From assembly GCA_036505795.1 (NCBI GenBank), contig DASXSU010000031.1, positions 3,256-67,255 on the forward strand: a DNA stretch of 64,000 nt, written 5' to 3'. Made by a program: the position numbers and the translations under genes. The stretch comes from Nitrospirales bacterium. Its GTDB lineage: Bacteria; Nitrospirota; Nitrospiria; Nitrospirales; NS-4. Below the pieces are notes generated by a model. That model saw only the letters and a program-made list of their open reading frames with translations. It was not told the DNA's origin and did not search any database. How positions within the stretch are numbered: the first letter of the stretch is position 1; every line of letters begins with the position of its first letter. Shown in pieces: positions 28,037-36,752 of this stretch.

Positions 28037-29317
28037 TTAACAATGACCCTTCGATTTCAACAGCTCGACTATGAGCTCCGCATTCTTCCCCACCGTTCCT
28101 TGGTTCGCTCGCACGATCTCCTCGGCCGCACGGCCCATCTTTTGAAGCCGGGCCCGATCTTTCAGCAGCCCACCTAATGCCACGGACATTTCCTCACCGT
28201 CTTGAACCTGGAGGGCACCTCCTTGCGACACCAACAACTCCGCAACCTCGGCAAAGTGATCCATATGGGGGCCGAAGACCAGGGCTTTGCCGCACGAAGC
28301 GGGCTCCAAAGGACTATGGCCGCCGATCGGCACGAGGCTGCCTCCCACAAACACCAGTGCCGCCTGTCGATACACCCCTGCCAACTCTCCGAATGTATCC
28401 AGGAGAATAATGCGAGGACCTCGCAGCACTTCCCGATGCTGATCGAGCGCTGTTCGCCTGAATACGGCAAATCCTCGTGCGCGAGCGATCGCCTCCAATG
28501 CCTCCACGCGCTCCAGATGGCGGGGAGCTAAAACAAGCACCAGGCCCGGTGCAACATCAAGCAGTCGGCGATAGCAGTCCAGCACGGCCTCCTCTTCAAT
28601 GGGATGGGTGCTGCCGGCAACAAATAATTCCTCATGTGCCTGCAGTCCAAGCTCGATCGGCTTCGCCGAGAGCCGATACGGAATTTGATCGAACTTGAGA
28701 TTCCCCGTGCGGACCACGCGGCTAGGATCGGCTCCGAGGGCCACGATGCGCTGCACGTCGCGGTCAGTTTGCATAAGCGATAGCGAAAACAAGCTGACGA
28801 TTCGCGAAAAAAATGGCCGGAGCCGCAGGTAGCCCTTGAAGGAATCGGTAGAAATCCTACCGTTCACCAGCACGCACAAAATCCCGCGATGTGCTGCAGC
28901 CTTCAGAAAGTTAGGCCACAACTCCGTCTCGACGATCAGGATAAGCCGCGGGCGGATCACTCCCAGTACCTTTCGGACGACCAATGGGAAATCCAGCGGA
29001 AAGTAGATGTGTTGCGCGAGTCCTTCGAGCCGGCGCGTCACCGTGTCTTTTCCGGTCTCAGTCACGGTGGAGACAACCACGCGCTGACGCGGATCACGCC
29101 TCTTGAGTTCTTGAACAAGCGGGACCACCGCATTGACTTCACCCATGGACACTGCGTGTATCCATATCGTGTGGCCATCCGCACAGTCCTCGGCCAAATG
29201 TTCCGGCAGCCATCCGAGGCGTTGCGCAAGCCCTCGACGGCAGCGCTTCTTTGCCAGAAGAATCCCGAGGATGACCGGCGAAGCCAGCGCCAAGGCGATA
29301 TTGTAGATGCCAAACAT
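28037..29317 (-). CDS. waaA: 3-deoxy-D-manno-octulosonic acid (Kdo) transferase
   Basis: From ATG 29317 (GGGAG 4 nt upstream): MFGIYNIALALASPVILGILL...IWIHAVSMGEVNAVVPLVQEL. About 427 aa, as in E. coli WaaA. The same frame is open upstream into the DUF374 C-terminus. Confidence 0.85.
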   Translation of the reverse strand: MFGIYNIALALASPVILGILLAKKRCRRGLAQRLGWLPEHLAEDCADGHTIWIHAVSMGEVNAVVPLVQELKRRDPRQRVVVSTVTETGKDTVTRRLEGLAQHIYFPLDFPLVVRKVLGVIRPRLILIVETELWPNFLKAAAHRGILCVLVNGRISTDSFKGYLRLRPFFSRIVSLFSLSLMQTDRDVQRIVALGADPSRVVRTGNLKFDQIPYRLSAKPIELGLQAHEELFVAGSTHPIEEEAVLDCYRRLLDVAPGLVLVLAPRHLERVEALEAIARARGFAVFRRTALDQHREVLRGPRIILLDTFGELAGVYRQAALVFVGGSLVPIGGHSPLEPASCGKALVFGPHMDHFAEVAELLVSQGGALQVQDGEEMSVALGGLLKDRARLQKMGRAAEEIVRANQGTVGKNAELIVELLKSKGHC

Positions 29318-30003
29318 GAGGCTCCCGAGGAGATCCCATGTCTTTCGCGGCCCTTCAACCCCTAGGAGCTGGTCCGCCTCGTCGCCCAGTTGGTTCAGCG
29401 CGATTTCCAATTCCACCCGCTTCGCCTCGATCTGCTCTTTGTCGGCGTCCTTCGAAACCCATATCGGCCTGCCCCAGAGGAAACATGCGCGACTGAATGG
29501 CATCGGCACCTCAAATCGATCCCAGCTCCCAAAGAGTTTTTTTTTGAGGCGGCAAAGGTGATGGGGAGGATCGGCAACCCTGTGAGCTTCGCCAGTTCGA
29601 TGACCCCACCCTGTGCGTGGCGCCGAGGGCCTCGGGGGCCATCGGGAGTCACGACCAGATCCGTTCCTGCTCGTCCGGCCCGTACCAACTCTCTGAGAGC
29701 CCGGCTTCCTCCACGCGTTGTTGAGCCACGCACCGTTCCAAAGCCGAACCAGCGCAATATCCGCGCGATCAATTCTCCATCGCGATGCGCGCTGATCAGG
29801 ATCTTCACGCCCGGCCCTCGGTACGACAACGGGATCATCAGTTGGCGACCGTGCCAGAACGCCATGATGATGTTTTTGCCCTCGTGCCATCGCGTGTCGA
29901 CTCTTTCCGGATGTATCGTCCGTAGACGCAGGGTCGCGCCGAGTCCGCGAATGACGACATACCCCAATGCCGGCAGAAGCCATAATTTAAGGCGGGGCCA
30001 CAT
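29318..30003 (-). CDS. DUF374 (lysophospholipid acyltransferase-like) protein, interrupted by a frameshift at an A9 tract and in frame with waaA downstream
   Basis: Frame A (29546-30003): MWPRLKLWLLPALGYVVIRG...TPDGPRGPRRHAQGGVIELAKLTGLPILPITFAASKK. Frame B (29318-29545): KLFGSWDRFEVPMPFSRACFLWGRPIWVSKDADKEQIEAKRVELE. No stop before the waaA ATG. Confidence 0.65.
29537..29545 (-). repeat. A9 (T9 on plus strand) homopolymer, the frameshift point of the DUF374 gene
   Basis: Plus strand reads gagTTTTTTTTTgagg. On the coding strand, TCA AAA AAA AAC contains the slippery heptamer A AAA AAA. Confidence 0.9.
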
Positions 30004-30061
30004 GGTCAGGGTTTCCCCCGTTCGCTCGCTTGTCGAAGCCGAGGCATGCTCGCGCAGGCCT

Positions 30062-31798
30062 TTAGGTTTTGTCTTCATCGTGGAACTGCATCTGATAGAG
30101 CCGCTTGTAGATCCCATGGGCAGCGAGAAGATCTTCGTGGCGGCCGATTTCAGCCACACGCCCACGCTCGAGCACCACGATGCGATCGGCTCGTTGTACC
30201 GTAGAAAGGCGGTGCGCGATGACGAAGGTCGTGCGACCTGTCATGAGGTTGGCCAGCGCCATTTGCACCATGCGTTCGGATTCGTTATCCAGCGAGGACG
30301 TGGCTTCGTCGAGGATGAGGATCGGCGGGTTGCGCAGCAACGCCCGCGCGATCGCGAGACGTTGTCGCTCTCCCCCCGAGAGTTTGACGCCGTTCTCGCC
30401 GATCAGGGTATCGTAGCCATTCGGAAGCCGCACGATGAAGTCGTGCGCAAAGGCGGCTTTTGCCGCCTCGACGACGGCTTCAGCGGTAGCCATGTCATTA
30501 CCATAGGCGATGTTATTCCGAACACAGTCGTCAAAGAGAAGCGTCTCCTGAGAGACTATTCCGATCCGGCGCCGCAAGGCCGACAACCGGATCTCGCGGA
30601 TATCGACACCGTCAATGAGAATCGCGCCGCTGCTTGGCTCATAAAACCGCGGAATCAGATTGACGAGCGAGGTTTTGCCTGCACCACTGCTTCCGACCAA
30701 CGCAAGAAGCTCACCCGCTTGAATCGCCAGCGTAATCTCACTGAGCGCCGGCGTATCAGCGCCATCGTATTGAAATGAGACCGCTCTGAGCTCAATGCCG
30801 GTTTTCACCCCGTCGAACTCCCGCTGGCCGGTGTCCAATGCCGCCTCGGTCGGAACATCCACCACGCTGAAGACCCGTTCGGCGGCCGAAAGCGCCTGCT
30901 GGATCGTGTTGTTCGCGGATGCGAGTCGCTTAATCGGCGTGTACATCAGAAAGACCGCAGTGAGAAAAGAGAAGAATGTGCCGGGTGTCATTGTGCCGCC
31001 GATCACCTGCGATCCCCCGTACCAAATAATGCCCGCGACCCCCATGACGCCGACCGCTTCGAGAACCGGAGACGTGATGGCGGACACCTGCGTCGACTTC
31101 ATGTTGGTGCGAAAGTAGGCTTCATTGAAACGTGCAAAGCGCTGAGATTCAGCGGCCTCCTGCGTAAATCCCTTGACGATCCGGATACCCGTCAGTGTCT
31201 CTTGCAATGCCAACGACATGTCGGCAGTCCGCTCCTGGCCGCTCGTTGCGATTCGACGCAGGCGGTTCCCGAACCGGATCATCGGATAGACCGATAGGGG
31301 AATGGCTACGATCGCAAGGAGCGACAACTGCCAATGCTGGTAAAAGATGACGCCCATCAGAACAAGAAACGTGAGACTTTGCTGAAAGAGATCTTTGAGA
31401 ACGCTGGAGACCGCATTTTGAATCCAGTTCACATCGTTGATCACGCGCGACATCATACGGCTCGATGGGTTCTTGAGATGAAACGTAATCGGCAGGCGCA
31501 TCAAGTGGCCGAAAAGCTGCTGCCGGATATCCGTAACCACGCGGCTGCCGACATAGATCATTAGATAAGCCTGCCCGTAGCCGGCGAGCCCTTTTAAAAC
31601 CGAGACCAGCATCAGTGCCACGGGAAGCAGCATCAGCCAGGTGCCATTCCTGTTAATGAAGACCTCATCCAAGGCGGGCTTCACCAGCCAGGCATAAGCC
31701 CCGGTCAACCCGGCGACGACGCTAGAGCACAGGCCGGCCGCCAGCAAACGGCCCCAGTACGGTCGCATGTAGCGCAGCAGGCGCAGGTACGTCTTCAT
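30062..31798 (-). CDS. msbA: lipid A export ABC transporter (permease/ATPase)
   Basis: 578 aa with six TM segments plus an NBD: GSSGAGKTS (Walker A), LSGGERQR (signature), ILILDEATS (Walker B). Lipid A context. Confidence 0.85.
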   Translation of the reverse strand: MKTYLRLLRYMRPYWGRLLAAGLCSSVVAGLTGAYAWLVKPALDEVFINRNGTWLMLLPVALMLVSVLKGLAGYGQAYLMIYVGSRVVTDIRQQLFGHLMRLPITFHLKNPSSRMMSRVINDVNWIQNAVSSVLKDLFQQSLTFLVLMGVIFYQHWQLSLLAIVAIPLSVYPMIRFGNRLRRIATSGQERTADMSLALQETLTGIRIVKGFTQEAAESQRFARFNEAYFRTNMKSTQVSAITSPVLEAVGVMGVAGIIWYGGSQVIGGTMTPGTFFSFLTAVFLMYTPIKRLASANNTIQQALSAAERVFSVVDVPTEAALDTGQREFDGVKTGIELRAVSFQYDGADTPALSEITLAIQAGELLALVGSSGAGKTSLVNLIPRFYEPSSGAILIDGVDIREIRLSALRRRIGIVSQETLLFDDCVRNNIAYGNDMATAEAVVEAAKAAFAHDFIVRLPNGYDTLIGENGVKLSGGERQRLAIARALLRNPPILILDEATSSLDNESERMVQMALANLMTGRTTFVIAHRLSTVQRADRIVVLERGRVAEIGRHEDLLAAHGIYKRLYQMQFHDEDKT

Positions 31799-32994
31799 TA
31801 AATGGGGACCTCTTCCGGTCCGAGGAGCTTGATGATTGTCTTTGCAGCGCGTTTTGACGCTCCCGGCTCCCCGAGAAGCGCCCGCACCCTGACCATTTCA
31901 GCCCGCATGTCATTGCGGTAACGGTCGTCTTTCAGGATTCGCCGTGCCTCCGCGGCAAGACGTTCGGGGCTTGCATGCGTCTGAATAAGCTCGGGGATGA
32001 AACTCCTGCCGGCAATGAGGTTGGGAAGTCCGATAGAAAACATCGGTATATTCGGCCAGCAGACCTGGCGGGCGGCCAGGGATGCGGGTGTGCTGGTCAG
32101 TAGACGTGCGATCAAGTACCCCAGCCACGCCATCTTGTAAACGATGACCATCGGCGTGCCGATAATGGCCGCTTGTAAGGTGGCAGTGCCCGAGGCGACG
32201 AACAAAAGATCCGACGCCGCCATGACCTCGTTGGGGTTTCCAGTGATCTGCCGGACGTCTATTCCGGCACGGTCGCACATGAGTTTAATTTCGTCTCGAT
32301 CCACGGTCTCGGCGACCGCCAGAACCATCCTAATAGGACCGCAGTCTGCGTTCAGAGTTCGCGCGGCCTCCAGCATCAACGGCAAGAGAGCTCGCACCTC
32401 GCCCATTCGACTTCCCGGCAGGAGGCCAAGGACACGCTCCTGGGGCTGCAGGCTATACGCCGCGCGAATGCCATCACGATCATACGATGGCGCCATCTCA
32501 TCCAGGAGCGGGTGGCCCACGAAGGTGCACGGCACGCCGGCTTGCCGATAGAGCTTCTCCTCGAACGGCAAGATGACCACCGCATGGTCAACGCGGCGCT
32601 GCATCCATTTCATGCGACCCGGCCGCCACGCCCAGAGCTGGGGCGTGATGTAGTAGACCACACGGCAGCCCGCGCGCTTGGCAACGCGAGCGAAGTGAAA
32701 ATTCAAGCCGGGCTGATCTATCAGGACCACGAGGTCCAGAGGCTCCCGGCGCAGAAACCGCCGGATCGCCAGGATACGGCCGACTAACACCCGTACTGCG
32801 CCCGGACCGATGAGCCCGATCACGTCCAACTGCGGGATACCTTCCAACATCTGCACCCCCGCCGCGCGCATACGGGCTCCCCCCACACCCTGAATAGATA
32901 GACTGGGATCCGATTCCCTCAAGGCCTGCGCCAGGTGAGCTCCATGGAGATCTCCGGACGCTTCGCCGGTGATGATGAGAATGCGTTTCGTCAT
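31798..32994 (-). CDS. lpxB: lipid-A-disaccharide synthase
   Basis: RILIITGEASGDLHGAHLAQAL N-terminus; 398 aa; context. Confidence 0.85.
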   Translation of the reverse strand: MTKRILIITGEASGDLHGAHLAQALRESDPSLSIQGVGGARMRAAGVQMLEGIPQLDVIGLIGPGAVRVLVGRILAIRRFLRREPLDLVVLIDQPGLNFHFARVAKRAGCRVVYYITPQLWAWRPGRMKWMQRRVDHAVVILPFEEKLYRQAGVPCTFVGHPLLDEMAPSYDRDGIRAAYSLQPQERVLGLLPGSRMGEVRALLPLMLEAARTLNADCGPIRMVLAVAETVDRDEIKLMCDRAGIDVRQITGNPNEVMAASDLLFVASGTATLQAAIIGTPMVIVYKMAWLGYLIARLLTSTPASLAARQVCWPNIPMFSIGLPNLIAGRSFIPELIQTHASPERLAAEARRILKDDRYRNDMRAEMVRVRALLGEPGASKRAAKTIIKLLGPEEVPI

Positions 32995-33932
32995 CGCTGG
33001 TCCGGCCGTCCTATTTGAGTCATGATGCTCTCGCTCAATCTGAGTGCCGCCATCCCAGCTTCGCCCGACACCAGCGGAGGCGTTCCGTGGAGAATGGACT
33101 CCAGAAACGCCTGGAGCTCCAGCTTAAGGGGTTCCTGCCCATCACCGCGAATCACCTCTGTGATGATCTCGGAGTGGCCTGTCGAGCCGACAATGCGCCG
33201 GCCGATCTTCGCGGTTTGCGCGAGCAGATCGACCACCAGAAAACTGTTCGATTCGTAGAAACGGATCTCCCTGACCTTTTCTTCAGCCAGCCGGTTGGCG
33301 CTGAAAGTCGCCATACAACCGGTCTCGAACAGCACCTGAGCATAGGCCACATCGGTCGTCGGCGATACGAGAGACACCCCCTGCGCATCGACGTGTCGCA
33401 CTCCGGCATCTAAAACGGAGAGCACAATATCGAGGTCGTGGATCATTAGATCGAGCACGACATTTACGTCCGCGCCGCGCGGCGTAAACGGCGCCCACCT
33501 TCGGCAGTCGATCAGTCGTGGCGCTTTAATCACTCCCAGGCTTGCCCGCAAGGCCGAGTTAAAGCGCTCAATATGACCCACCTGGAGGATCAATTTTCGC
33601 GCCGCGGCCATCCCCACCAGATCTTCCGCCTCTGCCGGAGTCACCGTCATGGGCTTCTCGACCAACACGTGGAGGCCGGCTTGCAGGCATTCCCGCGCGA
33701 TCTGATGATGAAGAGGCGTCGGAACGGCGACGCTGACCGCCTCGACCTGGCCGAACATCTCCCGAAAATCCGGGAACGCCCGGCAACGATGCTTGGTGGC
33801 AATCTCTTTCGCGAGACCGGCATCGGCATCGACAACTCCAACGAGGTCCGCCTCCTGAGCCTCCGCGTAGACCCGGGCATGGTGCTGCCCTAATGACCCC
33901 ACCCCGATGACGCCGACCTTCACGCGATGCAT
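32991..33932 (-). CDS. Gfo/Idh/MocA-family NAD(P) oxidoreductase (GnnA-like position in the lipid A cluster)
   Basis: VKVGVIGVGSLGQHHARVY Rossmann N-terminus and EKPMTVTPAEAEDL motif. Wedged between lpxI and lpxB, with ATGA overlap to lpxB. Confidence 0.7.
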   Translation of the reverse strand: MHRVKVGVIGVGSLGQHHARVYAEAQEADLVGVVDADAGLAKEIATKHRCRAFPDFREMFGQVEAVSVAVPTPLHHQIARECLQAGLHVLVEKPMTVTPAEAEDLVGMAAARKLILQVGHIERFNSALRASLGVIKAPRLIDCRRWAPFTPRGADVNVVLDLMIHDLDIVLSVLDAGVRHVDAQGVSLVSPTTDVAYAQVLFETGCMATFSANRLAEEKVREIRFYESNSFLVVDLLAQTAKIGRRIVGSTGHSEIITEVIRGDGQEPLKLELQAFLESILHGTPPLVSGEAGMAALRLSESIMTQIGRPDQR

Positions 33933-34004
33933 CAGAAGCGGTTATCCGTTAATCGTTCATCGTGCATTGCAATCCGATACAAGATTCGAGCTTCCCTATG
34001 CACA

Positions 34005-34883
34005 TTATGGCTTCGCATTTGACGACGCCACTCCAAGGACCGCAATTCCAGCCTTATCCGCCGCGGCAATTGCTTCCGCTCGATCCAAAAACAACGCGTG
34101 GCCGGCTTCAACGGCCAAGACCGAGGCACCACTCTTTGCCATAACCTCGATCGTCATTGGTCCAACAGTGGGGAGATCAAACCGGCGGTCCTGTTGGGGT
34201 TTGAATCGCTTGACGACGACCGCGCCACCGTTCGCCAGGGCTCCTCCCCGCCGGATCGCCTCATCCGTGCCCTCAACGGCTTCAATCGCGACGACGACGC
34301 GATCCTTGACGACCACGCATTGCCCGATATCCAGCTTCCCGACGGCCTGCGCGATTTCCCACCCGAAGTCGATGTCTCGCCGCTCGCTTTTCGTCGGCGA
34401 GCGCCGAGTAAGAACGCCCTCTTCCACCAGCAAGCCCTTTAATCCGAACGTTGATTCGCGAATCCGGATACCTTCAGCTTCAAGTTCCGACGCAAGGGCG
34501 CGCAAAAGCATATCGTCCTTTCGCCCATTCATGCGGCGAAGGAGCGTGAGGGCACGGAAGTCCGGGCGGATCGCAAACAGATGAGTCTTTTTGACGCCCC
34601 CAACCATGACGGCCTGGCGCACGCCGTCCTGCTTGAAGGCCTTGATCAACTTTCCGAGATGGCCTATGGAGATCCAATGAATGCGGTCAACGTGTTCCTC
34701 GAGAACCGGGTCTGTCTCGCCGAGCAAAGCTACCGCGGACACACGGTATCCCAGCCGGCGGGCATTCTCGGCAAACAGTCTTGGGAAACGTCCGTTGCCG
34801 GCGATGAGCCCAAGCCATGCTCCCGTCGTTGCCTCTGGGTCGTTGTCCGCGTGGTCCACTACAGGGTGCCTCGGAGACGCCAC
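34005..34883 (-). CDS. lpxI: UDP-2,3-diacylglucosamine hydrolase, LpxI type (DUF1009)
   Basis: LGLIAGNGRFPRLFAENARRLGY...VMVGGVKK...QCVVVKDRVVVAIEAVEGTDEAIRRGG, in the lpxA/lpxB neighbourhood. Confidence 0.75.
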   Translation of the reverse strand: MASPRHPVVDHADNDPEATTGAWLGLIAGNGRFPRLFAENARRLGYRVSAVALLGETDPVLEEHVDRIHWISIGHLGKLIKAFKQDGVRQAVMVGGVKKTHLFAIRPDFRALTLLRRMNGRKDDMLLRALASELEAEGIRIRESTFGLKGLLVEEGVLTRRSPTKSERRDIDFGWEIAQAVGKLDIGQCVVVKDRVVVAIEAVEGTDEAIRRGGALANGGAVVVKRFKPQQDRRFDLPTVGPMTIEVMAKSGASVLAVEAGHALFLDRAEAIAAADKAGIAVLGVASSNAKP

Positions 34884-34888
34884 GGCGA

Positions 34889-35695
34889 TCAGTCATCCTC
34901 GCGTTCATCCATGCCCTTGCAAACCCCTCGCTTGGTACTGTCAATAAACGCCAGGAGCTCTCGGACGTCGCGTGAATCAGCAAATTCATCGCGAACCTGT
35001 TTGACAGCTTCGGCAAAGCGCAGGTTTGAGCGAAACAAGGCGCGATAGACGCGCTTGAGCAGACGAATGCGGTCGTCTGAGAACCCATGGCGTTTCAAAC
35101 CGATCGTGTTCACGCCGAACAGCCGCGCGCGGTACCCACCTGCCGCTCGCATAAACGGGGGCACGTCCTGACCTAGCGCCGAGCACCCGCCGACCATGCT
35201 GTAAGCCCCGAGCCGCACATACTGATGAATGCCCGAGAGCCCGCCGACGATTGCGTGATCGCCAATCGTGATATGTCCGGCGAGAGTGGCGGCATTGGCC
35301 ATCACGACGTGGCTACCGATATGGCAATCGTGCGCGATATGGACATAGGCCATCAAGACGTTATGGTCTTCAAGGCTCGTCACGCCTCCGCCAAACGTCG
35401 TTGCCCGGTTGACCGTGACGAACTCACGAAGAATGTTGTGGTTGCCGATGCGAACGACCGTTTTCTCGCCTTTATACTGTAGATGCTGCGGTGGGGCGCC
35501 GAGCGAGACGAATGAATGGATTTGGCAGTCTTCTCCAATAGACGTCCACCCTTCGACGACCACATGCGCATCAATGCGTGTCCTCCGTCCGATACGCACG
35601 TGTTCGCCGATGATGCTGTAGGGCCCCACGGTGACTCCCTCGTCCAATTCGGCCTTGCTATGCACGACCGCTGTAGGATGCAGGCGGGTGCTCAT
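34889..35695 (-). CDS. lpxA: acyl-ACP--UDP-N-acetylglucosamine O-acyltransferase
   Basis: From ATG 35695 (ATGA overlap with fabZ): MSTRLHPTAVVHSKAELDEGVTVGPYSIIGEHVRIG. Hexapeptide repeats; 268 aa. Confidence 0.85.
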   Translation of the reverse strand: MSTRLHPTAVVHSKAELDEGVTVGPYSIIGEHVRIGRRTRIDAHVVVEGWTSIGEDCQIHSFVSLGAPPQHLQYKGEKTVVRIGNHNILREFVTVNRATTFGGGVTSLEDHNVLMAYVHIAHDCHIGSHVVMANAATLAGHITIGDHAIVGGLSGIHQYVRLGAYSMVGGCSALGQDVPPFMRAAGGYRARLFGVNTIGLKRHGFSDDRIRLLKRVYRALFRSNLRFAEAVKQVRDEFADSRDVRELLAFIDSTKRGVCKGMDEREDD

Positions 35696-36183
35696 GGTTC
35701 GCCCTCCGGCGTGGAGGTCCCGTCCGTAATCATCGCCATCAATTCCGCTTCGCACACGAGAGTCTTGTCGACGTACGCCTCGCCGCGAATCTTCCAATAG
35801 GGATGGCGAGCCCTCAGGACGTCCACTACAAAACGGAGCTGGTCCCCCGGTTCCACGGGTTTTCGAAACTTGGCCTTGTCGATCCCCATAAAATAGACGA
35901 GATTTGGGGCGCCTTCCTTGGAAGGTTTGGTGGACTTGAAAGCGAGAATCCCTCCTACCTGCGCCATGGCTTCGATGATGAGCACTCCGGGCATGATTGG
36001 GCGCCCTGGGAAATGACCCTGAAAAAACGGCTCATTGATCGTGACATTTTTCAGGCCGATCACGCGCTTGCCCACCTCTAAGTCCTCGATCCGATCGACC
36101 AACAAGAAGGGGTATCGATGAGGCAGGATCGCCTGGATTTCGATGTTATCGAGGCGGATGCCTTGAGTGACTTCGTTGCTCAC
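35692..36183 (-). CDS. fabZ: 3-hydroxyacyl-ACP dehydratase
   Basis: ILPHRYPFLLVDRI...HFPGRPIMPGVLIIEAMAQ. Confidence 0.9.
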   Translation of the reverse strand: MSNEVTQGIRLDNIEIQAILPHRYPFLLVDRIEDLEVGKRVIGLKNVTINEPFFQGHFPGRPIMPGVLIIEAMAQVGGILAFKSTKPSKEGAPNLVYFMGIDKAKFRKPVEPGDQLRFVVDVLRARHPYWKIRGEAYVDKTLVCEAELMAMITDGTSTPEGEP

Positions 36184-36740
36184 TTTGTCCCCTTATCTAG
36201 CTCCTTGATGACTCGGTCCGTGATGTCCAGTGAAGGATGGCTGTAGACGACGAGCGCGCCTGCGCCGTTATCGCCTTTTTCCACGACGAGACTGAGCCTC
36301 TCCTTGTCAGCGATGGCTTTGACGATCTGCTCGAGGCTCCTGTTGAATTCCTCTAGCACTTCCTTCTTCTTGTTCTGAACTTCCTGGGTGAGCTGGTTCA
36401 CCTTTCGCTGGTACTCCATGTAACGCTTGCGGAAGCTCTCTTCTTTGTCTTTCTTCGCTTCGGCGCTCAGCACCGCGCTTTGCTTGACCAGGTCTTCCTC
36501 TATTTTCTTCAGTTCCTCTTCTTCCAGATCGATGATCTTCTGCCGGCTCTTCAGGTATTCCTGGAGTGAATCCTTGATCTTCTTGCCGTTCTTTGTCCCA
36601 TCCAGAACTTTTTGAGGTTCCAGCACCCCGATCTTCAAATCTGCCGCCACCGACGCACCAGCCCATGCCAATGCTAGTATAGCGGCAAGGATCGCCATTC
36701 TGCAGCCGTTCTTCATGCTTGTATCCCTTCCCTGTGACAC
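36180..36740 (-). CDS. skp: OmpH/Skp periplasmic chaperone
   Basis: Signal peptide (AILAAILALAWAGASVAA) followed by a Lys/Glu-rich coiled-coil body; sits downstream of bamA. Start may be the internal MKNGC. Confidence 0.75.
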   Translation of the reverse strand: MSQGRDTSMKNGCRMAILAAILALAWAGASVAADLKIGVLEPQKVLDGTKNGKKIKDSLQEYLKSRQKIIDLEEEELKKIEEDLVKQSAVLSAEAKKDKEESFRKRYMEYQRKVNQLTQEVQNKKKEVLEEFNRSLEQIVKAIADKERLSLVVEKGDNGAGALVVYSHPSLDITDRVIKELDKGTK

Positions 36741-36752
36741 CGTGGCAGCCCT

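Noticed and set aside
28037-29983. Tracked 648-aa ORF read as a single WaaA with a 222-aa N-terminal extension
   Set aside because: Residues 1-145 are Arg/Pro/Gly-rich nonsense produced by reading the DUF374 gene out of frame. Only the part from about residue 147 (DUF374 C-terminus) and from M223 (WaaA) looks like real protein.
29390-30778. 462-aa plus-strand ORF
   Set aside because: It is antisense to msbA and the DUF374 gene, is Arg/Pro-rich, and matches no family. This is a typical stop-free antisense frame of GC-rich coding DNA.
33907-34584. 225-aa plus-strand ORF
   Set aside because: It is antisense to lpxI and has a Ser/Arg/Ala/Pro-biased composition.
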